Shown here: piece by piece, positions 1-8,625 of the stretch
Position numbering within the stretch: the first letter of the stretch is position 1
How the letters are laid out: every line of letters starts with the position of its first letter
Source: an uncultured bacterium
Lineage (GTDB): Bacteria; Acidobacteriota; HRBIN11; JAKEFK01
Length of the DNA: 64,000 nt
NCBI GenBank assembly: GCA_963777505.1
Contig: CAVZQN010000007.1
Location: 96,001 to 160,000, forward strand
Direction of reading: 5' to 3'
Program-made: the position numbers and the translations under genes
Notes under the pieces: model-generated
What the model saw: only the letters and a program-made list of their open reading frames with translations
What the model was told of the DNA's origin: nothing
Databases searched by the model: none

Positions 1-519
1 CACTTAAATGGAAGGGGTATCCTTTGAACGATAACAATCCAAAGCACCTGGAAGAAGCCAGGGATCTTCTGATTCAACAAAAACCTCTTGTTAAAGTTTA
101 CAATTCTTCCAATTTTGATGAAGTCCTGCTGAGCGGTGATGTATGGTTAGCACATGGATGGAGTGGACAATTCGCGAAAGCCATCGATCAAAATCCAAAC
201 CTCGCCTACGTAATACCAAAAGAAGGGTCGGCGGTATGGACAGATTGCCTGACCATTCCAAAATCGGCTCCTCATGTTGAAGAAGCTCACGCTTTCCTCA
301 ACTTTCTTTTGGACCCGCGAATTGCTGCAGAGATCACAGAAATAACCGGATATGCCACAACAAACGAAACCGCAAAATCTTTCCTGAAGCCTGAACTCCT
401 TCAAAGTAACGTTCGATATCCCGATGACGTCGACACTTGCCCGATGCGAATGGTTCCTGGCTCGCGGTGAAACAGCCCAGATTATGGATCGTCACTGGGC
501 TGAAATTAAAGCACGCTAA
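1..519 (+). CDS. Spermidine/putrescine ABC transporter substrate-binding protein (PotD/PotF family), 3' part; frameshift near 430
   Basis: Motifs LSGDVWLAHGWSG, IPKEGSAVWTD and AHAFLNFLLDP; the C-terminus LARCEWF...MDRHWAEIKAR* continues in another frame to TAA at 517-519. Confidence 0.85.
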
Positions 520-579
520 TCCATCTGGGCAATTTATCTTATTCAGCTCTACCATATATATAGGAACTCAACCGCCAAG

Positions 580-610
580 ACGCAAAGCTCTCTTGGCGTC
601 TTTGTGGTTT
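580..610. repeat. Short imperfect palindromic REP-like element (CGCCAAGACGCAAAG / CTTGGCGTCTTTGTGG)
   Basis: Hairpin between convergent genes; related units at 2231-2256, 12321-12340, 35756-35775, 39365-39382 and 52519-52533. Confidence 0.55.
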
Positions 611-614
611 GAGT

Positions 615-911
615 CTACTGTGATGCTTTATGGATGTCGCCGCCGGTAGAAGTTGCCGAAACGACTTCTTCCCTTTCAAGAATCGTGCGTACAAGTTTAC
701 CGCTGCCTCGCACAAAAATCGCTCCAAGTCCCGGCATTAGTTTCACTTTGGTTGGCGTTTCGTTGATTGTTTTAGCAGCGATTTGAATGATGTCGTCTTC
801 CAATTGAGCAATTGCTGTTGAAGGCTGAACAAGGATTACAGCTTCAACTTCACCATCATCACCGGCATCCTCCAGTTCACGTTTCAGTTGCGGATCGATA
901 TCTGTGATCAT
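615..911 (-). CDS. Small hypothetical protein downstream of S8 protease (possible I9/propeptide-like partner)
   Basis: 98-aa ORF with RBS-like GGGA, 23 bp after the protease; beta-alpha-beta pattern like the protease prodomain. Confidence 0.6.
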   Translation of the reverse strand: MITDIDPQLKRELEDAGDDGEVEAVILVQPSTAIAQLEDDIIQIAAKTINETPTKVKLMPGLGAIFVRGSGKLVRTILEREEVVSATSTGGDIHKASQ

Positions 912-934
912 AATTATCCCTTAGATAAGATTTT

Positions 935-2212
935 CTAACTGCGCTTTCTGGGTTTTGGGGTTTTCTTAATAGTACCAGTTCTTAACTTGATACCAGACAA
1001 TCGTTCAAAGGCAGCAGCCGAGTCCACGAGTCCGTATCCATAGCGATTCGGAGGATCTTCGGAAGAAAGCGGCTGACAAGTTTCGAAAATAGCCTGTTCC
1101 AGTTCTAATACGTTAGTGCCAGGCTTCGCTTCCAGCAAAAGAGCAGCAACACCAGCAACATGCGGAGTTGCCATTGATGTTCCATCCATGGCCTGAATTT
1201 TGTTGCCTGGCCGCGCGGAGATCACATTGACACCCGGTGCTATGACATTCGGTTGATTCGGATCTTCTTCTCTCTGAAAGATCTGACTGCTGGAGAAATC
1301 GGCAACACGATCGGCTTCGTCCATTGCGCCTACGGAAATCGGTTCCGGATAATTTCCTGGCGATCTGCTTGTAGCGATTCCTTCGTTTCCTATTGCGAAC
1401 ACACTAAGAATGCCGCGATCACGAATCCTGCGCACAACCTCCTGGAAAAATGGTGTATATCCACTGAAGCCTAATGACATACTGATCACTTGAACTCCAG
1501 CCGTAATCATCCATTCCAAACCAGCGAGAACACGAAGCGTCGCCTTCCCGCCTTCGATCACCAGAGCGCTATAAAGATCGACCTTCGGCGCAACACCGAT
1601 CTTCAAACCCTGGAATGAACCACCACAAATCGTGCCGGCCGTATGTGTTCCATGATCGTCCGTATCATGCGGACTGCTTTTGGGAACGGGCTCTCCATCG
1701 AAATCAAACTCCTCCCATCCTGCAATACGATTCTTTAAAGCGGGATGCTTCCCATCGATGCCAGTATCAAGATGACCAACTTTGATTCCAGTTCCTGTGA
1801 GTCCTTGTGCCCACAATTTTTCAACATTCAATTTTGAAATGCCCCAAGTTGCCTTTTCAATTACGGCTTTCGCCGGATACTTACGAACGGGACGGATTAA
1901 AAATACCTGTTCCAGTGGAATGACTTCTTGAACTGCAGGTTTTTTCGCCAATGCATTTAAACCAGATTGATCCGTATAACCAACAACAATTCCGAGATTG
2001 GGAAATTCCTTGGTTGCAGATGGTGAAGGCAACATTGTGCCTCGCCTGGTGCGAATTTCGGTTGCAGGTTCTGGCGATGAACGCAGAAGTTCATTTTTCA
2101 CATCATTGATTTGTGAGCGTACGATACGAGTTGACAAACCAGCTGGCTGTCTTAAAACGACAATGACGTTTGCATAGCCAAACTGATGGAAGCATCTCTC
2201 AATCTCATTCAT
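935..2212 (-). CDS. S8 family (subtilisin-like) serine peptidase without signal peptide
   Basis: Catalytic motifs LDTGID, HGTHTAG and GTSMATPHVAG. Confidence 0.95.
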   Translation of the reverse strand: MNEIERCFHQFGYANVIVVLRQPAGLSTRIVRSQINDVKNELLRSSPEPATEIRTRRGTMLPSPSATKEFPNLGIVVGYTDQSGLNALAKKPAVQEVIPLEQVFLIRPVRKYPAKAVIEKATWGISKLNVEKLWAQGLTGTGIKVGHLDTGIDGKHPALKNRIAGWEEFDFDGEPVPKSSPHDTDDHGTHTAGTICGGSFQGLKIGVAPKVDLYSALVIEGGKATLRVLAGLEWMITAGVQVISMSLGFSGYTPFFQEVVRRIRDRGILSVFAIGNEGIATSRSPGNYPEPISVGAMDEADRVADFSSSQIFQREEDPNQPNVIAPGVNVISARPGNKIQAMDGTSMATPHVAGVAALLLEAKPGTNVLELEQAIFETCQPLSSEDPPNRYGYGLVDSAAAFERLSGIKLRTGTIKKTPKPRKRS

Positions 2213-2324
2213 CTGAGTGTCCTTAATTAAACCACGGAGTCACGGAGAACACGGAGTTAAATATTAAAGCTATCTCTTTAATGTTAGCAGATATGAAATT
2301 AGAACAAGAGGCATCAAATTGGAT

Positions 2325-3551
2325 TTATAGACAATGCTTTGCGTCCACTTTGCTGTTCGGATCGATCCAATTGACGATTTGACTCGCTACGACACAGTTC
2401 CCGAGTGCCGTAAAATGTCCGTCTTTCGGGAAAAACAACATACGCCCAGAGTTCGCATCGCGGAAGGCTTTCAATCCAGGCGTAAGATCCAAAACAGGAA
2501 TCTCGTTATTTTTTCCAAACTCAATCAGCCTTTTCGCAGGCTTTTCGAGATCGTACTTTGATGGATCAAGTAGTCCTTTCGTTTTTGCTTGTTCGGTAGG
2601 CTCGATCAGCGGTGAAAATGGAGCAACAACAATCATAAATTTTGCATTGCGCGATTCACTTACGGCTTTCATTTCGCGCAGCAAAACTTCAGTGATCTGC
2701 CATGCGGTTTGCCATTGAGAAGCATCATTGCCTGCGTCAAAAACTCCCCAGGTTAAACGTGGTTGTTCTGTTGTAATGGGTTTAGGGGATTCATGAAAAG
2801 CGGCACTAACCTTCCCTTGAATAAATTGCCGTGTGAAATCGACCGCACGATAAACGACTGAATGCAGTCGCAACCAGGCATTGATATTTTTCGGGAACGA
2901 CAATCTTTTCGGCTCATCGAACGGATCACGATAACCTGACCAGGGCACTTTCTGCAGTTCGTTTAAGCTGTTCAGATCAGTCGTTGAATCTGTTGGCAAA
3001 AAGTGAGGTGCATCCCAGGGCGTTTTGATAATTCCTGAGCGATAGTTATCGGAAACATCATTCCCTGTGAAAAACATGAGCAGCACAATATCGGGTTGCT
3101 TTTTCAGTGGGTAGTTGAGCAGGTTCAAGTATGTTTGATCAATACCCCAGTTGCGCATTCCAAGATTCAAAATATTCCAGTCAGAGCGGAAGCGATGCAT
3201 TTGTTCGGTCCAACGATAATTCAATTCGACTTCCCATGCTGTTACAAATGAATCGCCGACAGCGAGGATCCGTGTTCCAGTTGCTGCTTCCGGAAAATCT
3301 ATGCGCGGATCACGAAATCCCATCGCATTGAATTGGAGCCTTACATCGAATTCGCCAGGTTCGGCGAAGCGCGAATGCGACAACGGCAGCGGCAAACGGC
3401 CAACTTCCTGCGTCAGCTTGATGTAAGACTGAGAAGAACGAACTGGCAAAAGCTTCAACATCCGTCCAGCAATCTCAGCCACAAAGATTGAGAACACAAG
3501 ACTCATCAAGAATGCAAGTAGCTTAATACGCCGCGTTTTCGTCAGTGCCAC
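2325..3551 (-). CDS. SGNH/GDSL hydrolase-fold protein (AlgJ/AlgX-like), N-terminal membrane anchor
   Basis: AVGDSF, FFTGND and DGH motifs; N-terminal TM helix. Confidence 0.85.
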   Translation of the reverse strand: MALTKTRRIKLLAFLMSLVFSIFVAEIAGRMLKLLPVRSSQSYIKLTQEVGRLPLPLSHSRFAEPGEFDVRLQFNAMGFRDPRIDFPEAATGTRILAVGDSFVTAWEVELNYRWTEQMHRFRSDWNILNLGMRNWGIDQTYLNLLNYPLKKQPDIVLLMFFTGNDVSDNYRSGIIKTPWDAPHFLPTDSTTDLNSLNELQKVPWSGYRDPFDEPKRLSFPKNINAWLRLHSVVYRAVDFTRQFIQGKVSAAFHESPKPITTEQPRLTWGVFDAGNDASQWQTAWQITEVLLREMKAVSESRNAKFMIVVAPFSPLIEPTEQAKTKGLLDPSKYDLEKPAKRLIEFGKNNEIPVLDLTPGLKAFRDANSGRMLFFPKDGHFTALGNCVVASQIVNWIDPNSKVDAKHCL

Positions 3552-3560
3552 AATCGATTC

Positions 3561-4670
3561 CTATCGTCCTTTCGCCGGAAGTTTCCTGCGCCACCGTTTC
3601 TGTAAGCGGACAGCAACAATCGGTGAGCGATAAATTGTGATAGCTCCTGTTTCTCGAATCTCCGATTGAAAGTCCTCTTTGTATTTCTCTAAACCAAACA
3701 ACATATCCAGCTCTTTTAAGCCGAGCTGCAAGGATGAATGGATGATGTTGCCCAGCAATAATCGACCCGGGCTGGCTTTGCGGTAATTCTGGTCGTAACA
3801 TGCAAGCCAATAATATAAACGGCCAGCCCAATGAAAACCGATGTGACCTGCAATCAATTCACCATTCAAGATCATTGCATCAAATCTTAAAGCGCCATAC
3901 GAAGCCATTTCATCTACGATGTAATTGTAAAAGTCACGATGAATCTGGTGGCGCAAAAAGCTTCCCTTTGAAGCGAGCCTGCTCCATTCTCTAACATGCA
4001 GCTCAAAGAATTGCGGCAAAATATTCTTGATCTCTACCGGATCAGTAATGGTTTGAAACTTCAAATCACCTTGAGTATTCAACCAATTCGTTTTGCGGCG
4101 GTGGTGTACACCTTGCAGCACATCATGCGACTTTTGAAAAGCGTTGCCATTGCAAATTGGATGCTCATGACGCGCCTCTTGATAGATCAACCATGAGCCA
4201 AGCTTCAGCCAGTATTGAAGCTTCTGAAGTTTTGTGAGACTTCCATTGTATGGACGTTCGAAGAACTGCAGTAAAGTTGACTGCCCTGGTATCCGGCGAA
4301 GAGTCAAAATCTCCCAACTCGTCTGAGTCTTAAACCAATCAAATACGCACTTCAAGCTTTCGTGATCGCCTGCCGTCAAGATGAAGTTATTGTAGTCGCC
4401 GCGTGGTCTTCCAATGAGTTCCCAATTTTTGGGCGTATGTTTTGATGCTTGAAATGGTGCAATGAGACGCGGAGCCCCTGTCGCATCTTCCAGAACTACA
4501 ATATTCATATTCCGGCTATCTCCATAGGCGCGCCACCATGCACGCGCAAAGCCGGAAGTAGCAAAGAGATCAGGAAAATCACTTTTGCTGAGCAAATGAT
4601 CCCATGCCGAAGATATCTCTACTAACTCATCGTAGTTTTGGATAAGCCGACAGTTTAAAATTGAACTCAT
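3561..4670 (-). CDS. GNAT-family acyltransferase (CelD/BcsL, Acetyltransf_6 type)
   Basis: N-terminal AWDHLL...RAWWRAY; C-terminal YDQNYRKASPGRLL...LDMLFGLEKYK. Confidence 0.85.
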   Translation of the reverse strand: MSSILNCRLIQNYDELVEISSAWDHLLSKSDFPDLFATSGFARAWWRAYGDSRNMNIVVLEDATGAPRLIAPFQASKHTPKNWELIGRPRGDYNNFILTAGDHESLKCVFDWFKTQTSWEILTLRRIPGQSTLLQFFERPYNGSLTKLQKLQYWLKLGSWLIYQEARHEHPICNGNAFQKSHDVLQGVHHRRKTNWLNTQGDLKFQTITDPVEIKNILPQFFELHVREWSRLASKGSFLRHQIHRDFYNYIVDEMASYGALRFDAMILNGELIAGHIGFHWAGRLYYWLACYDQNYRKASPGRLLLGNIIHSSLQLGLKELDMLFGLEKYKEDFQSEIRETGAITIYRSPIVAVRLQKRWRRKLPAKGR

Positions 4671-5800
4671 ACGACGGCTTTCTGTTTCCCACGAGAAGAT
4701 TTCAATTTTGTTGCCAGAGCATGGATTGGGGAACGATGAATCGACAGGATCACATTTTCGCGAAAGTCAGATGTATATTCATTTTTGTGTTGTTGAAGGC
4801 CGCGGCCAAGATCGAATTCAGATATCCCCTCCTCGATTGAACTTTTGATCTGATGGTATCGCAGCATCCGCCCAGGACCGACTCGCGCATACGCAAGATC
4901 AAAACAAGTTATCCATGCATCGATACGATTATTCCACTTGGATACGATTGAAAAGGCGATCGGCTTTTGATTAACGGTAAGCATATCAAGCCGCAGTGTC
5001 CGATATGACTCAATCTCATCAAAAAGGTAAAAATAAAAATTACGCGTTTCCGGTTGGGCAAGCTGACTGACTCTACCGCGTGATTGCCATTCTTCAACAT
5101 GAATTTTACAGAAGCATTCAAAATGGCGTTTCATTTCAATCTTGTCCATAGTCGTTTCGTATGATGTTGTCCCTTCGCGTTTCAAGATATTCAGGCCATA
5201 CCTGTAACTTTTTTTCCTCAGCAGGTCGTCCATTGTGTTCAATGTTCCCTGGCTTATGTATGGGTGATCACGCCTCGAATCCTGCTCCACGAATAGCGAT
5301 CGCGGACGAAGCCAACGATTAAATTTTTGAGCCTTACTCAGTGACGACGAATAATGTAGATTGAAAAAGCGCGAAATTGTCGCTTCCCCTGTTGTTCGAA
5401 GTACTAATTTATTCCAACCCGATTGATGTTTCAGCCAGGTAAACAGAGAACGTAATCCTTCACGATCCTCTGCTTGCATAATGAAAGGGTTGTAGTTGAT
5501 CAGGTTGGTGCCTGCTAATTCCCATCGTTCCGGATTTTTTTTCTCTGCCTGAAACGGAGCGATCACACGCAGCATTCCTGTGTTATCTTCAATGACAGCA
5601 ACATGCATGTCGCGTGTATTTTCATACGCACGCCACCAGGCTCGAGTGAAACCAGAAGTCGAGAAAAAAGCTGTATATTCGCTTTTAGCGACCAAAGCAT
5701 CCCAGGCTGGTGAGATTTCCTTTAGTTCGTCATAACTTCGGATGAATCTCCCTTTCATTGACGAACTTGCGGCTTTTTGTGAGCCACCAGGACCTGGCAA
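4667..5800 (-). CDS. GNAT-family acyltransferase (CelD/BcsL type), paralog of downstream gene; start possibly 5758
   Basis: AWDALV...RAWWRAY and FDLAYARVGPGRML...FDLGRG; 4-bp overlap with next gene. Confidence 0.85.
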   Translation of the reverse strand: MPGPGGSQKAASSSMKGRFIRSYDELKEISPAWDALVAKSEYTAFFSTSGFTRAWWRAYENTRDMHVAVIEDNTGMLRVIAPFQAEKKNPERWELAGTNLINYNPFIMQAEDREGLRSLFTWLKHQSGWNKLVLRTTGEATISRFFNLHYSSSLSKAQKFNRWLRPRSLFVEQDSRRDHPYISQGTLNTMDDLLRKKSYRYGLNILKREGTTSYETTMDKIEMKRHFECFCKIHVEEWQSRGRVSQLAQPETRNFYFYLFDEIESYRTLRLDMLTVNQKPIAFSIVSKWNNRIDAWITCFDLAYARVGPGRMLRYHQIKSSIEEGISEFDLGRGLQQHKNEYTSDFRENVILSIHRSPIHALATKLKSSRGKQKAVV

Positions 5801-5933
5801 TTTACTTCCCCCCGATTGCTTTTATTATATGCCAACCCAGTTTTTGACAAAAATCTGCGTCCGGTGGTTATGGTCTACATATATAGACTATTAGCCCCAA
5901 AACCGAGCATTAGCCAGCTCATGCAGGATAGTT

Positions 5934-5942
5934 TGTTATACT
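5934..5942 (+). promoter_or_regulatory. Extended -10 promoter candidate TGnTATACT for precursor/rSAM operon
   Basis: TGTTATACT 20 bp upstream of ATG 5963; G-rich RBS follows. Confidence 0.45.
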
Positions 5943-5962
5943 GAGACGAGCCGGGGGTAAAT

Positions 5963-6631
5963 ATGAGCAAAATCAGAAATACCGGCGCCGGAATTCCAAC
6001 TCCACCCGGCGGTCCGGATTCAACATCGCCTATCCAAAATTCAAGCGCAGCAAATGAAACAACTCACACCAATTCAGAATCTCCTTCAGCCTCTCAAAAG
6101 CCGGTACCTGGTGACAAGCATGCTGCCGGCGATCTCAAAACAAAAGGTGATCGCTTAAAGTCAAAATTGGATTCAGAACTTCAAAACAAAAACAAAGGGG
6201 TGGATGATAAAGAGCTTGCGTCCCAGGCGGCAAAAGGACAGCAACGATTTGCACCTCCGTATGTGCCTGTCGGACCTGTTGTCATGGGCGATAACATTGG
6301 TGTTCCAGGGCAGACCCAAAAGCCAGCTGAGACTGGACAAACTCCGGAGCAAAAAGCACTAGCTGAAAAGGCGGCAAAAGATCAGGTACGATTCGCGCCT
6401 CCATATGTACCGGTTGGACCTGTCGTGATGGGTGACAACATCAGCACTCCCGGTCACATCAATGCAACTGAGACGAGGCAAATGAACCTGAAAGCGGATC
6501 AGTTCCAGATTAATGATCAAGGCAATCTGGTAATCTCAAACGAAAAACTCGTGGAATATTTTAAGTCCTTGAAAGAAAAAGGTCAGGAAATCTTGCTGGG
6601 AATCACTCCAAAGAAACCAGAGGATAAATAA
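5963..6631 (+). CDS. Putative RiPP precursor protein with two identical 18-aa cassettes
   Basis: RFAPPYVPVGPVVMGDNI at 6245-6298 and 6389-6442; lies 5 bp upstream of a RiPP-type rSAM gene. Confidence 0.75.
   Translation: MSKIRNTGAGIPTPPGGPDSTSPIQNSSAANETTHTNSESPSASQKPVPGDKHAAGDLKTKGDRLKSKLDSELQNKNKGVDDKELASQAAKGQQRFAPPYVPVGPVVMGDNIGVPGQTQKPAETGQTPEQKALAEKAAKDQVRFAPPYVPVGPVVMGDNISTPGHINATETRQMNLKADQFQINDQGNLVISNEKLVEYFKSLKEKGQEILLGITPKKPEDK
6245..6442 (+). repeat. Intragenic 54-bp duplicated cassette, 144-bp period
   Basis: Same peptide in both copies, 11 of 18 codons differ synonymously. Confidence 0.95.
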
Positions 6632-6636
6632 TAAAA

Positions 6637-8625
6637 ATGGTCCGTGAAAAACCAGAAGTCATTCTGGTTAATATGCCTTTTCATGGCTACATGCCTTCTC
6701 TTGGATTGAGTTTGCTCAAGTCGTGTCTTTCAGCGAAACAAATCTCAAGCAAGGTGCTGTACTTTGGTCTTCCTTTCGCCGAACGCATCGGCCGTGATTT
6801 GTATCATTGCCTTGCAAATGGCTATCCGCGTCCGATGGATCTGTTGGGCGAATGGATTTTTTCTACATCTTTGTTTGATCGCGAAAATTCGGAATACATC
6901 GAAGAAGTCCTGGTCAAGCGATCGGAAATTTATCCTGACATCGTTGATCACACAATTAACATTCCCGATCGTTTGTTTGAAAAAATCCGTGAGTATCAAT
7001 CGATGGCGCCAGAGTTTGTCGATGACTGTGCGGAAGAAATTTTACGTTACTCGCCCAGAGTCGTCGGGATCGGCAGTGTATTTCATCAGCAAATGGCCTC
7101 GCTTGCTTTGGCGAAACGGCTCAAGGGACTCGCGCCGGAAATTTTGATCGTTCTTGGCGGAGGAAATTGTGAAGGAGTCATGGGTGCCGAAATCGCACGT
7201 CAATTTCCTTTTGTTGATGCGGTTGTCTCCGGCGAAGGTGAATTGGTCTTCCCCGAAATCGTTCAAAAGCATTTACAAAACGAAAGCATTTCCAAATTAA
7301 AAGGCGTCTACACATTTAACAATGCTTCATCCGCATTTGCTTCGAACCAGTTTCCGAATGCTCAAAAAACTCCGCATCTCGATGATCTTCCGTATCCTGA
7401 TTACGATGATTTTTTTGAGCAGCATAACGTAAGCAGCCTGGATTTCGGACGTCAGGTGCTTTTTGAATCCTCACGCGGATGCTGGTGGGGCGAACGAAGT
7501 CATTGCACTTTTTGCGGAATCAGCAGCGAATCAATGAGTTACCGAAGCAAATCTCCTCAACGCGCATTTGAAGAAATCTCTTACCTTTCCGAAAAGTACA
7601 AAAGCAAAAAAGTTCATGTTGTGGATTGCATTCTGGATCTGAAGTATTTCAAGGACTTCCTTCCAAATCTTGCTAAACGTGAAACAAAACTGGATATTTT
7701 TTACGAAGTGAAAGCGAATTTGAAAAAGGATCAGCTTCGCTTGTTACACGATGCAGGTGTTACAACAATCCAACCAGGGATCGAAAGTTTTAGAAACTCG
7801 CTCCTGCAATTGATGGGGAAAGGCGTTACTGCACTGCAGAACATTCAGCTTCTTAAATGGTGCAAGGAGCTGGGAGTACGAGTGTCCTGGAATATTCTCT
7901 GGGGATTTCCAGGAGAGGATCCGGAAGAATATCATCGCATGACTGAACTCATTCCGTACCTTACGCATTTGCCTGCGCCACAAGCAGCTTGTCGAATCCG
8001 GCTTGATCGTTTCAGTCCAAACTATGAGCACGCGAAACAGCTTGGAATCACAAAAGTAAAACCTCATCCGGCTTACTTTTACCTCTATCCTTTTTCAGCG
8101 GAAGTAGTTTCAAACCTTGCATACTTTTTCGATTACGACTACTGCGAAGACCGGGATGTCATGAGTTACACGAATAACTTATGGCATGAAGTGAACAAAT
8201 GGTGGAGTGTTGAAACGGATTCTGATTTATTTTACATGGATAATGGCTCTCACCTCCTTATCTGGGACTTGCGGCCCGTGGCAGTTCAACCGCTCACCGT
8301 CCTAACAGGATTGCAAAAAGTTCTTTACGAAAAATGTCAGGCACCTCAGACGTTAAGCGAATTAAAACGTTCCATTGAAAATAATTGTTCCGATTCGGAT
8401 ATTCAGGTCTTACTGGAACCGGTTATCAATCGCGGGCTGTTAGTTCAAGATCAAAAATCCTATTTGAGTCTTGCGGTTCCATTAGGGGAGTATCAGCCAA
8501 AAGGCGCAGCACTGCAAAAGTTTTGCACGCTTTTGGAGAGACTCGGACAAACTGAAGATATGCAATTTACAATTCCCCAGACAGCTTTCTGTCCGGCGGA
8601 GGAACCGGCATCGGTCGATGTCTGA
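6637..8625 (+). CDS. B12-dependent (class B) radical SAM C-methyltransferase, RiPP maturation radical SAM protein 1 type (TIGR03975-like)
   Basis: VNMPF...PSLGLSLLKS, GGGNCEG, ESSRGCWWGERSHCTFCG (CX7CX2C), QPGIESF, WNILWGFPGE and RLDRFSP. Confidence 0.92.
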   Translation: MVREKPEVILVNMPFHGYMPSLGLSLLKSCLSAKQISSKVLYFGLPFAERIGRDLYHCLANGYPRPMDLLGEWIFSTSLFDRENSEYIEEVLVKRSEIYPDIVDHTINIPDRLFEKIREYQSMAPEFVDDCAEEILRYSPRVVGIGSVFHQQMASLALAKRLKGLAPEILIVLGGGNCEGVMGAEIARQFPFVDAVVSGEGELVFPEIVQKHLQNESISKLKGVYTFNNASSAFASNQFPNAQKTPHLDDLPYPDYDDFFEQHNVSSLDFGRQVLFESSRGCWWGERSHCTFCGISSESMSYRSKSPQRAFEEISYLSEKYKSKKVHVVDCILDLKYFKDFLPNLAKRETKLDIFYEVKANLKKDQLRLLHDAGVTTIQPGIESFRNSLLQLMGKGVTALQNIQLLKWCKELGVRVSWNILWGFPGEDPEEYHRMTELIPYLTHLPAPQAACRIRLDRFSPNYEHAKQLGITKVKPHPAYFYLYPFSAEVVSNLAYFFDYDYCEDRDVMSYTNNLWHEVNKWWSVETDSDLFYMDNGSHLLIWDLRPVAVQPLTVLTGLQKVLYEKCQAPQTLSELKRSIENNCSDSDIQVLLEPVINRGLLVQDQKSYLSLAVPLGEYQPKGAALQKFCTLLERLGQTEDMQFTIPQTAFCPAEEPASVDV

